Origin: Lepidodermella squamata
Taxonomy: Eukaryota > Animalia > Gastrotricha
Direction of reading: 5' to 3'
Assembly: GCA_047495785.1 (NCBI GenBank)
Contig: JBLDXI010000009.1
Span: 3,720,001 to 3,784,000, forward strand
DNA: 64,000 bases
Program-made: the position numbers and the translations under genes
In this document: piece after piece, positions 1 through 11,409 of the stretch
Numbering within the stretch: position 1 is the first letter of the stretch
How the letters are laid out: the number at the start of each line of letters is the position of its first letter
Notes under the pieces: model-generated
The model's database searches: none
The model's input: only the letters and a program-made list of their open reading frames with translations
What the model was told of the DNA's origin: nothing

Positions 1-672
1 AAGCTGACGATAGAAAATGTGGTCTACTTCAGGAATGTGACGAAACATGTAGCTGGTGAGACCGCGCCTATCGCACAGGCCACGCCATAAATGATCGGTG
101 ACAACCTTGGCTTCGATGAAACGCTTCCACTGCATTCCATGCTGGATCACAGCCAGCCAAGTTCGACACACCCGTTCGGCGTTCTGAAGCGAGGTCGGAT
201 CCAGGTAATCTAGCACCTGTTCTGCAATGTGACGGAGGCCGCGCAGGGCTAACTCTGATACGAAGTCACGTTGGAGCATCGGTTTGAAAAACATGTCGAT
301 TTCCCCATGTTGCGCATGGTTCATCAGAGCGAGGAGAGATTGAACGAGGTCAACTTGCTTATTTGGGGGTAAACTTTGGAAAATTTCCATAATATGTCGC
401 ATTTGCGTATCAGGATTCAATGCCATAACAGCCAACGTTTCGGGCATGAGAGGGTAAGAACTGGAGGTGATGGGTGAAAGTCTCTTTGAGGTATCAGCTG
501 GTGGCGAAATCGCATTCTACGTGCATTCAAAATAATAAAATCAAATAGTCAATTACGAGTAAGTCGAAGTAAATACCTTTTTGTCGATTTCGATAGCTGA
601 TTCTCCAGCACCATTACTATTAGAGTCACTCAGGCTAAGTGAAGTGAAAGCAGCTACGTCGTTAGATTCCAT
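1..672 (-). CDS. BTRC: F-box/WD40 beta-TrCP (slimb; BTRC/FBXW11) orthologue, 5' part; runs off the left edge of the window
   Basis: Manual translation: ATG 672, exon 577-672, GT-AG intron 517-576, then an open frame to position 1. It reads KQVDLVQSLLALMNHAQHGEIDMFFKPMLQRDFVSELALRGLRHIAEQVLDYLDPTSLQNAERVCRTW...LWRGLCDRRG, the beta-TrCP dimerisation domain plus F-box. Not in the ORF track. Confidence 0.93.
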
Positions 673-2037
673 GAAATAAGCAACCTAAAGGGAAATGAGA
701 GTCGGAACATGAAATGTCCTGTTGTGTCACTGAAATCTCGCCAAAATGAGTTAACATTCACGAATAAAACAATTCAAGAAGCTGCTATTCACTGACACCA
801 CACGCCACACATCCGTTTGTCAATCATGAGTAAAAGTTTACCAACATATTCTTCAGCATTGATAAGCTGACGTGGAGCTTTTCGGGAATTTCACAAGAAG
901 AATGTGCTATCTGTAAATTGGCCAATGACTAATAGTGCAAAATCCCAAGTGGTGGAAATAAGGGGTATTAGTGCTACCCCACAATGAACATGAAGTGCTA
1001 ACCCAAGTGTTTATCCTTTCGAACTGGACTATGACGACTAAAAATAAACGATCAAAATTAACATCAGGGCATCCTAGCGTTTTTGAACTAGTGGCACATA
1101 TGAAGCTAACAAGTCGATGCAATTTAATAGAACTTGGTCGATTTGGGATTTGGGAAAATAGTGGTGATAACATTTATTTTCTCTATAAATATCAAATTAA
1201 GGCTGCATGATTGTTACCCAAGTCAGGTAATGGGTAATAGGTAAGTAATGGGTAATGGTTGTGCTAACCAAGGGACATCTTCATATCTTCGCCGCTGGCC
1301 TCACGTCCCAAATAGGAAAAAAAGCAAACAGTAAACAGTGAATTAAGTGATCAATAACAAATATTTCTTCGATTACTGAAGCCTGGAGCCTTGAAACGAA
1401 TAGAAAACTGACAGCTGACCTGCTAAAATAAAATCGATTCACGCTCGGTATCTCAGTTGGTCGAAAAATCGCTCGAAATCTGGCCTCATTCAGTTTTTTC
1501 ACATTTTGTGATCTCAACGTTTATTTCGCCATTAAAATTAAATGAAAATCCGAAAGCATTACTAGCAAGCTAAAATGTGTAATTCCAGCAAATAGCATAT
1601 TTATTGCCGCATGAGAAAAAGAGCTGACCTTGACAGTGGAGTTGGCGCTTCGTTTTTGATGTCGCAGTTTTTAACCTGGCACCAACACTGGACTTTTCGG
1701 ACTTTTGGTGCTGATAGTGGAGTATCTTTTATCTTTGCTCTTTTCGCTTTGCAGAAAGCCTTGTCAATTCTTCAGGAAGGCAAGCTAGGGGTTTCAAGAA
1801 ACGCATGAAATCAGTATACAGAGGGAAGTTTGAAACCGTCAATTGACCATACAAAATTAACTTCAATGAAAATGTTAAATCTCAATTTGATAACTTTGTT
1901 GTTTGAGAACAAAATGTTCTAATGCGAGCAAATTCTTTCAATTTTTTTTACCAAAGTATAGCATTTTTTGAAAAATAAAGCTCTGATATCGGCTCATGCA
2001 GTACTGAGCTTTTTATTTCGTTTGATTGATTTCGTGA

Positions 2038-4277
2038 ATGGCGCTGTTACTTAAAACAGTAACAACAGTCAATCGAGTTCGCTCGGTTCTACAAGCCAAC
2101 AAGAATGCAACGATTGGAGCATGTTGCGCAGTCGCTGCGATTTATGCCTATCGCAAAGTCACGGCGCGTTTTCCTGCTCCGGCAGCCGCTGCCCCTACGG
2201 ATGGGAAACCGGAGTCTAGAAGGAAAGTAAAATTCAGCCGAATATTACTAAAAGAAATATGGGCCGTACTGAAGATTGTCATTCCCAACATGCATTGCGA
2301 GCAGTTTTGGTTGCTAATTGCTCACACTGTCACGTTGATTTGTCGATCCTTGCTGTCAGTCTACGTTGCTCATCTCGAAGGCTACCTTGTGCGAACAATT
2401 GTCCAGAAGAGACCGCGGGATTTCGTTCTCCTTCTCGTTCGGTGGCTCCTCACTGCACTGCCAGCTACCTTCATCAATTCGCTCATCAAGTTTCTTGAGT
2501 CATATTTTGCTATGTCAATGCGAAACCGCCTTATCAATCACTTGTATGGGCTGTATTTTAACAACGATGTTTATTACAAAATGGGCAACCTGGATAGCCG
2601 AATCGCCAATCCTGTTGAAACCTTGACCGAAGAAGCTGGTAAGGGATTAAATTTTATATTTGACGGCCTGTATTTTAATTTTTTCAAAGGTGAATGTTGC
2701 AACTACATTTCCCAAGTTTATTCACACATTTCGAAGCCGGTTCTGGATCTGGCTCTGATAAGCTATACGCTAATAAAGACTGCTCGGGATCACAACACGA
2801 ATGCCGGTTTTTCGACTGCTATCGGGGTTGGTATGATTGTTGCAACTGGCAAAGTCCTGCGAGCTGTTTCGCCCAACTTCAGCGCTCTCATTGCCGAGCG
2901 CGCTAACCGGAAGGGCAACTGGCGCTACATTCACTCTCGTCTGATTGAGAATGCTGAGGAAATTGCCTTTTACAATGGTCACAAGGTAAAATCGAACTCC
3001 TCAATCATGATTTTTCTAGTCGCAGTAGCTGTTTATTAATAGCTTTTCGTAATCTCGGCTGTTAACTTATTTGATCGCTATATTTATAGATTGAGCGAGC
3101 CAAGTTATTGGAAGCGTTCAAGCACCACGTCAAGCAAATGAAACTGGTTTACCTTGTTCGTCTCTGGTACGTTTGGATGGAACAGTTCCTCCTGAAATAT
3201 TGCTGGTCCGCTGGCGGTTTGATTATGGTCGCCGCCCCGATGCTTTTCTACGACGCTGTCCGACCTGATGGAACTTCGATCGACGACGATCCGGACGGCG
3301 GGGTCGGCGAACGGACCCGAGCGTTCACCACTGCCCGAAACCTGCTAACATCAGCAGCCGATGCTGTTGAACGCCTGTTTTCGAGCTACAAAATGGTGGA
3401 CGAACTCGCTGGCTACGTGAAACGCGTTCTCGAGCTGAAACATGTCATGGAAGATGTCAGCCACGGCCACTACGTTCGGAACACGGTCACCTCAAAGGAC
3501 GCTAGTTTTGGGCTTAACCGTGACCACACCGCCAAGAAAGGCGTTGTGGTCTCCGATTGCGACTACATAAAACTTGAAAACGTGCCAGTGATTACCCCGA
3601 ATGGTGACGTTATCATCGAATCGTTGAACTTCGAACTCAAACCTGGTATGCATTTGCTGATTACTGGGCCGAATGGTTGTGGCAAATCTTCGCTATACCG
3701 AATGTTGTCGGATTTGTGGCCGGTTTATGGTGGCCATATTGAAAAGCCGAACCGGAATAGCTTGTTCTACATCCCTCAACGGCCTTACATGACCCTGGGC
3801 ACTTTCATCGAACAAGTCACGTACCCAGACACGCGTGAAGACATGCTGCGAAAAGGCGTTACCGACGAAGAAATTTGGCGAATCCTGGATATTGTCTACT
3901 TGCGGCAAATTGTTGAACGCGAGGGTGGCTGGGATCGATCCGCTGATTGGAAGGACGTGCTGTCCGGGGGTGAGAAGCAACGCCTGGGTCTCGCCAGGGT
4001 GTTCTATCACAAGCCGAAATACGCGTTGCTGGACGAGTGCACCTCGGCGATTTCAATCGATGTCGAGGGCAAAATTTACGAGGCGATGAAAAATGCGGGG
4101 GTTACCCTGCTAACTGTTACCCACCGGCCGTCTCTTTGGCGTTATCACACGCATATCTTGCATTTCCTTGGCGATCGGCAGTGGAAATTCAGCGAAATTA
4201 CACCGGAAGATATTGCCAATGTTGCGGCTCAATTGACGTCCAACATGTCGCCGGAGCGGCCGGATAGCTCGTGTTAA
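2038..4277 (+). CDS. ABCD1/2: Peroxisomal ABC half-transporter, ABCD1/ABCD2 (ALDP) type
   Basis: Exons 2038-2638, 2690-2985, 3090-4277. EAA motif EEIAFYNG, RLWYVWMEQFLLKYCWSAGGLIMVA (ABCD1/2-like), Walker A GPNGCGKS, signature LSGGEKQR, Walker B ALLDECTSA. Confidence 0.93.
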
Positions 4278-4597
4278 AAATTGACTATAATAGTGCTTCT
4301 TAATTGATGTTGTGAGAATTGAGCTAAGCAATCATTTACTTTGATTTAAAACTTTAAATTATTTACGGCACTTGTGCTTGTGATTTTGTGAATAATTATT
4401 ACTAGAGAATGATCATTATAATAGTTTGAAATTTCGGTATTTTTGGTTTCAGCTATAAGTTATGTTATGGTGTAATTGGGTGTCATGACGATGCTCACGA
4501 ATCGGTCGAGGAAATAAAATAGAAAGATTTTGTTGAGTCCATTTTTTATTAAAAATTGTTAATCAAAAAAGGTTCAGAAGTTGAAGTTTGAGCGGGA

Positions 4598-5218
4598 TCA
4601 ATCGCGCACTTTGTAAGGGCCAAGGGCAGCGCGCAGCTCGTAAACTTCATCCGGCGGCAGATTATGGTGGTGCCCGTGAACTTTGATCACCTGAAAATGA
4701 GTTAAATTCGAATTAGGACTGATACATCATAGCTTTTACGTTCACAAACCTTATCTCGATGTTCGTGGTCCCACTTCTCGTATGGAGCGATTTTACTTCG
4801 CTTATCCAGGCTGTTCGGTAAAAAATATTTTAATATTACGAAAATTACATGAATTAACTCGTACTAGACGTCTTCTTTATTCAGGCACCAGGCAATGGCT
4901 GATGCGGCTAAAATAGCATCGAAAGTCACCATAAGGAAGAGAGGGGCAAGCTACAAAGTGTGTGATTAGTTGCGAAATAATTCCAGATTCGATGAAGCTT
5001 ACGTCGGGGTGTTTCACCGGAACCAATCGCTTCAGGTAGAAACTGGCGTACTTGATCGGGTGGTGCCAAAGGCGAACCTTTGGCGAGTTGGGTGGCAGCC
5101 AAAGGATTTGTTTCAGTGCCGGGATAAGGGCGTTATCTTCGCCGATGAAGGTTCCAGCTGAGCGAACTTGCTTCACCTTTGCCATGAAATTACGGAATAG
5201 CTTCAAGGAATTCAACAT
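4598..5218 (-). CDS. NDUFA4/COXFA4 (C15orf48, B12D)-family protein, paralog 1, with N-terminal extension
   Basis: Exons 5003-5218, 4865-4950, 4750-4810, 4598-4690, all GT-AG and in phase. Spliced product ...KHPDLAPLFLMVTFDAILAASAIAWCLNKEDVYLDKRSKIAPYEKWDHEHRDKVIKV...EVYELRAALGPYKVRD* fits the LxPL-TM-DV-PY/W pattern. Confidence 0.72.
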
Positions 5219-5536
5219 TTTTAGAGAGAATTGAAAATAATCAAATTTTGTGGTATGAAATGGAATTGTTTTTCTCGAATGACCACTCATGGGCTTTGAT
5301 CCGGCTTCGATTCTAACCTCAACACAAGTGTTGCGCAATATTTCCTAATGCTGTTGCGCAATAGTGGGATACTTTTTCTGAAAAAACTCCTCCACGCCAT
5401 AGATTTCTCGCTAAGGTGTTCCCAAGATTTGTCGCAATCGTGTCGTGGCGCGGCCGAAATCTTTCCTTAATAAATAATTGATTTTCAAAATCATGGTTTT
5501 TTTAATATTTAGATTTGTTCGAATTTTTATCTGATC

Positions 5537-6800
5537 ATGGAAATGGAAATGGAGCTGCTTGACCAGTCGATCGTCGATGTCGAGGTGGAGCTGCTTGACG
5601 GCGTTTCCTGGATGCCGGCCGTGGCTGACCCTCACATCCCTGGGGTGCTTGGCCAAAACATCCGGGTCATTTTCCCTGCACCCGAACGAAAAAGACCTGA
5701 AGCGCGTGCTCAATCTAGGTATGTTGTTATTTCGCTATAATTTTGTTGCCGAATTGTTTAAGAATTTTAAATTTCAAATTCAAAAATTTTCAAAAATAAT
5801 TTTTTTTTAATATTCATCATTATTATTACTAATTATTTGATAATTTTTTCAGATGAGGACCAATCAGATTTGGAGGGCTCTTTTGACGAGGAAGAAGTGC
5901 TGCACTTGGATGCTACGCCGGCCAAGTCTGCGCCAAAGTTATTGCCCTGGGTTCAATCGAATTTAGCCGGCGTGTTTCAATCATGGGCGGCTGATGGAAA
6001 TGCCGATCAAACAGCCCTTGTTCAAGTCGCCTCGGGCAGCGCTGGTCCCAGCGTCACTGTATCAGCCACCTCTGCTAACACCGCCCGCCCACCACTGCAG
6101 GCATCATCGGCACCGAACATAGACGTTAAGAACGAGCCGGCTCAATCGTCTTCGGAATCGCAATACGTCTCGCACGACTACGGCGACCTGTTTGTCGGCG
6201 ACGACCTGAACTGCCAGTCAACTATCACGCAGTGTTTCAAGAAACCACAGCTGACTATGTGCAACTCGTTTCGGCGTCAAATTCAACCAGCAGCCCGAAA
6301 CTTTGTATCAGCTGCAACAGCCGCGAATCACACCAGCACAAAAAGCAACAAGAAATTGCCCGAAATTTAGCGGCTTCGAACTTGAGCAAGCAGGCCGATC
6401 GAATGTTGCAATCGACAGCTAAAAAACACCCGCCATTGACTGTTGGCACACAGGTTGCTGTTGCCGTGCCTAAAGAAGATAGCCATCACACCGACCCCTG
6501 GCGCGAGCTCGGCGTCATCATGAAGCAGAATGACCACGGTGACTACGTCATTGGAACGTCACATGGAATTTTGACTCGCAGCGTCTTGCGGCACCAGCAG
6601 TAACGTCGACCAACTTGCGCGTCGAAGATGTACCCCAAATAGGGGTCACCCTGCGATCATCGGCGTTGAAGACGGGTGAATTGGCAGGAATTAAGCAGCA
6701 CAAGCCGTGCAATTGCAAATCGGGTTGTAAGAATGAATCTGGTTGAATTGTGTCTGCCGCGCCAATGGCCGGCTGTGCCAATCGTGATGCCACAAGGCCG
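5537..6800 (+). pseudogene. Decayed integrase-type transposon relic (KRBA2/SCAND3-like, Ginger-related C-terminal region)
   Basis: QADRMLQSTAKKHPPLTVGTQVAVAVPKED...DYVIGTSHGILTRSVLRHQ, followed after a stop and frameshift by TLRSSA...PCNCKSGC. This resembles the C-terminus of KRBA2-like invertebrate proteins. No integrase core seen. Confidence 0.6.
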
Positions 6801-6897
6801 CTTCGTGTTGCAACAACAGTTCCCATTAGATTATAGCAGTTTTTCTGTGAACTATTTTTTATCATAAATTAAATAAATATAAATATCGCTCTCCCAT

Positions 6898-7092
6898 CAG
6901 GGGTGATCGAAAGAAAAGTGCAAACTTTGAGTCTTGAAAACTTTTGAATGGGTGATCCTGGTAGGCCAAATTTTCTACCGCAGGTAGCTCTTAGGTATGG
7001 CTAACACCAGTTAAAATTTGGCTGTTATCGGATAGTTCATTGTTGGGTAACAAAATTTGCAAATTTACACTTTTCCTTCGATCTCATCCCTG
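6898..7092. mobile_element. MITE-like element with imperfect ~32-bp terminal inverted repeats (Tc1/mariner-like CAGGG ends)
   Basis: Left end CAGGGGTGATCGAAAGAAAAGTGCAAACTTTG; reverse complement of right end CAGGGATGAGATCGAAGGAAAAGTGTAAATTTG. No clean TA target-site duplication. Confidence 0.6.
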
Positions 7093-9024
7093 CATGTAAT
7101 ATTTCTATTACTTTCAAAGAAAATCGCCGTTAAATATTGTACCTAAATTCTAAAAGCCTTGTCAGCTAAAAATTACAATAAATCTTGCGACTCTCTGGAA
7201 AAATTTATGTATATTACGCTATACTTGTGGTAATAATCATCTTATAAAAAAATCTGAAAATCGGACAATATTGTTGTACAGTTTACTTGATATATAACAT
7301 CATTTCTGAGAAACTCTGGAAAAATCACAAAAGACCAATATTTAAAATGTTTGTATTTATCTCATATTACTGGGCTTTGACAATCGTTTGTCCTGTTGTA
7401 GCATCGGTGGAATTTGCGAGATATGACTGGTTTTTTAAATGGAAAATAAAATAGTGCGACCGTTTCTTTGCTGCCTTGGTTCACTAAAATTGCTGCCTTT
7501 TCTTTTAAAATGTTTATTAGCATGGCGCGCCCTGCTATTATGGTAGTCGATAGTCGAACTCGGGCATCAACGGTGCCCAAGCCCGGAGAAGTATGACCGC
7601 GCGCAGAACAATGCGCCGTTCGTTCTATTGTTCTCTCAGCCGTACTCGGGCTGACACCTGGGCTTACCCGTGTCCACTAAAGCGGAATTTGCTTCATTTT
7701 CATCGATTTAACGTAAACGCTGCATTTGATACGGCCCGAGTGCCGACGGGCAAAACGCTAATATCCTTGCTAGCTTCAGAGAAAAAAGTTGCAAAAGCTA
7801 GCCACTTGATTATTTGTGGAGCTCTGCACGAAAAAATGTTTAACAATGACCTGAGAACTCGCATCCCCTCTTCAGAATTCCGGAATCACTTCGAAATTAC
7901 CGAATTACGTTAGCGAATTATTAGCGGTTCACCATAATTGGTACACAATTACACCTGAGCGCTTTTATTGGTATCGCTCACCTCGGAGTCTTGTTTGTTG
8001 TTTCAACACTACGCGAACGCCGATAATTTCCGACCCACTGATAGCCAATGGGCCGCAGTCAATAACGACTCATCCGATAATGACAGACGAGCGCGCAGCA
8101 ACTTGTTGAGCGCGTGACCCACCGCGCGGGCGGCAGATGTATGTTTATTGATAAACCATTCATCCGCCAACAAAACGAGACCATCTGTTTGCATTGCATA
8201 ACTACTTGCGCTCGTTTCGGACAAATCCGGCAGCCAGCTTACGAGGGAACATGAATCGAAAAGACGAAAAATTCATAGGCACAGCGTTTTATTGTTTTTT
8301 TTCAACGTTTAAGTTTTTTCCCGAAGTGAAATTCAAAACCAGATTCTCTTTCTACGCGACGCGCAATACTAACATTACATAGCTCTGCGATCATAACTTT
8401 TTCAGTAGACTTTTCACACATCATCGCGTTTCACAGTTACGCTAGGATGGTTCGAGAACAAGTAATATTATTCAGGTGCGAGAGATACGCAGGCAAAATA
8501 TTATCTGCATTTTGCGAATAAATTAACACAATCGAGCGAGATGGTGACGAGGCTCGATCAATCAATCAACCGACCAAAATACATACATATACACGTGAGC
8601 GTCCAAAATATCTTTCCCGTCGCAAAAATATCAATATATCTCTCACAGCGCAAAATAATAGTAATTCGATGCGAAAAGTTGAAGAAACTAATAGGCGTAG
8701 TTATAGAGCGCGAGTGACGCGGAAAAAAATCATGCGCAGAGCTGTTCAGATTAGTACGACACATTTTTTTGTACAAAAAACAAATCGTAATAAAAAAATT
8801 GAAATTTTTCTATTACTTTCAACATTGAAACAAGAGTAATTGGTGAGAGCTAGTTAGAATAATGATGGACTACTGGCGATAAGATGATCTTTTTATCAAC
8901 ATCGGGCTTTTTTCTTGCGAGTGAAGATGACCAAAAAATTGCTACGCTGACCAATCATTTTGTTCGAAAAACGAGCGAGAATAGTGTTGAGAAGAAGAAG
9001 AAGATGCGGCGGTGACGAAGCTGT

Positions 9025-9474
9025 TTAGGAGCGGGCTTCGTACGGTCCGAGCGCCTTTTTCAGTTCAGCGATTTCAGCCGGCAGCTCTTTATCCTTGTGC
9101 AGGTTGATGATTTTGTACCGGTGGGGATCGTGGAAGTTTTCGTAGGCCGCAAAACGATTGGCGTTGTTGACTCGAACGTCCTCCTTGAATAGCGAATACG
9201 CCATGTAAGAGAAGCAGATAGCACCCGCAAATCCTGTGCAAACCAGGAGCGGAATGGTCTAGAATAGAAATCGAAAATTAAAATAATCAAAATTTTAAGG
9301 TTGATTTGTTTTTACCTCGTAATAACGAAGCCAGGTCGAAGGCCGAAACATGTAGCCACCATCATTGACCGATTGAGTCTTGAAGACTTGTTCCGACGAG
9401 GTTGAAGCTTGACGACGAGCGGCGTTGGCAACAGCGTTGCGCAGGGTGACAAGACTAGCACGAGTGAGGCTCAT
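9025..9474 (-). CDS. NDUFA4/COXFA4 (C15orf48, B12D)-family protein, paralog 2, with presequence-like N-terminus
   Basis: Exons 9316-9474 and 9025-9258: MSLTRASLVTLRNAVANAARRQAST...YYETIPLLVCTGFAGAICFSYMAYSLFKEDVRVNNANRFAAYENFHDPHRYKII...EIAELKKALGPYEARS*. Clearly homologous to 4598-5218 (KEDV, ELxxALGPY, same phase-0 first intron). Confidence 0.75.
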
Positions 9475-11409
9475 GTTTGTTTTATTTCGAACGAATCGAA
9501 AAATTAAAATTAATCGCAATAATTTCTAGAGAGGAAAAACACACAGAAATGAAATTGATATACTGAGATTCAGTGCTTATTGATGTTGATCAAGAGAGGA
9601 TGAGAGCGGTTTTAGGGCAATTCGTTTTTTAGCGCGCCTTTTATAGCAAGGATGTGAGCGGTTGAAACTAGTTTCAGACTCGCGCGCGCATGCCAGTCAC
9701 ACAGAAAATAGCCAAAATGAGGACCGCGTGCTCGAGCAATGTGTGTGCGCATATAACTTCATTGCCCTGCGTATGGTGATTTTCATATTATTATTATTGA
9801 TAGCGGGGAAGTAATAAAGGAAAACATCGACGCACAAGTATTACGTTAATACGCACAGCTGGCGATTTCGCATAAATGTACTGAGTGTCTGAAACCGGGC
9901 AGAAAAAGCGCGGGAAATAGTAATAGGCCGCGCCCAGTTCTTATCGCAGACCGAAACGGTAGCATAATGAATGATGAATGAAAAACATTACAGGAAATTT
10001 CAAAAATTATCGGAAAAATAGTAAAGCTGTCCCTAACATTATTTTTCTCTTGTAACCCAATTTTGAGTTTAAATACGCATGCCAATATTAGCCGTGTGAT
10101 TTTACGTGACTTGTATAATGTTGTCTTTTTGACCTGGGACACGACATTGTGTCCTGAACAAGGGCGCGCGTAGTACGTTTTTTTAATATAGTAAAAAGTG
10201 AATCATAATAATACGCAACATATGCTGCCAGTTTTTTCTTCCGCCTGGGATAAACTAGGTTCTCAAGAGCCATGCTACGCTAGATACGGACACCGGAAGC
10301 ACGCGGGAAATTCCTGGTTTAGCCCAACAACATGATGACAAAAAACACAATCACCCAGTTTAATTTTGGAATCCTACCATTATTTTAGCAGTGCGCACTG
10401 AAGAATTTTTTCATCTAGCCGCAAGTTAAAAATCGATAGAAAGCTGGTCACATGCAAATTCGCTAATCGAATTTCACGCCATCGCGGGATTATTTTCGCT
10501 CGATGTTTTAAATTTATCATCGACAGCTAAAAAAAATTATTTTTATATGGTTTCAGAAATTTCGGTGCAGTTGTCAAAAAATAGCAAATTTTAGCTTCTC
10601 TCCAGGTAACGCGCGAAAAAACAAAATGAACTGCGTAGTAAATGCTGATGTTATGATCACTTTTAGGTACATTTTTCGCAGACTAAATATAACGCTTTGA
10701 TCTGGCTGAAATGAGCGCGATTTTGCGTTACGCGCTTCTTTAATACCCGCGGCTATAATTTATGGGTAAATTGCGTTTTTTTTCAATAAAAGAGGGAGCT
10801 AGAATAAAATAAAATGACAGGGCCTGGGGTTGGGTAATTTTAATAAATGATAAAGGTGTTTCAAAATTGGGCAATAAAGACGGAATTTTTTGCATCATTA
10901 TATAGCCCTTGGACCTTATTTCAGACACACCTGAAGACTGACTACGTGCCCTCGTGTTGTTTGTAGCGTATTAAAATGACCTGACCGGCGTGTAGGCTGT
11001 TATGACTTACGTCATCTCACTTACAACGTAAAATACCTATATGTTCCACTTGACTAATAAAAGTAAGAACAATTTAAAGGTATGCGTTTACAACTATGGC
11101 AGAACGACTGACGCCAAAACGTGCCTTTGCATATACGCATATATATGAATGAAATAAGTAATGGCGAAGACCACCGCGCGCACAGGATAATATTTGCGGC
11201 GTCCTAATTTCGGACAGCCCAATTGTGTTTACTATACAATCACCATACATACACGGCGCTCTCAACAGCCGCCTTGATGACAACGATATCATTGTTGTTT
11301 ACTTCGTCACGATGGTGGCTTGGCTTTTCCGCCCTTCTTATTGCGCGCAAATAATACGAATAAAAGTAAATACTTGAGATATTTTATTGCAGAAAAAAAT
11401 CGAAAAAAT

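Noticed and set aside
2639-2689. In-frame 17-aa stretch in the ABCD ORF (and a similar 19-aa stretch at 25628-25684)
   Set aside because: AT-rich with canonical GT-AG ends and typical intron length; treated as ordinary 3n introns, not coding.
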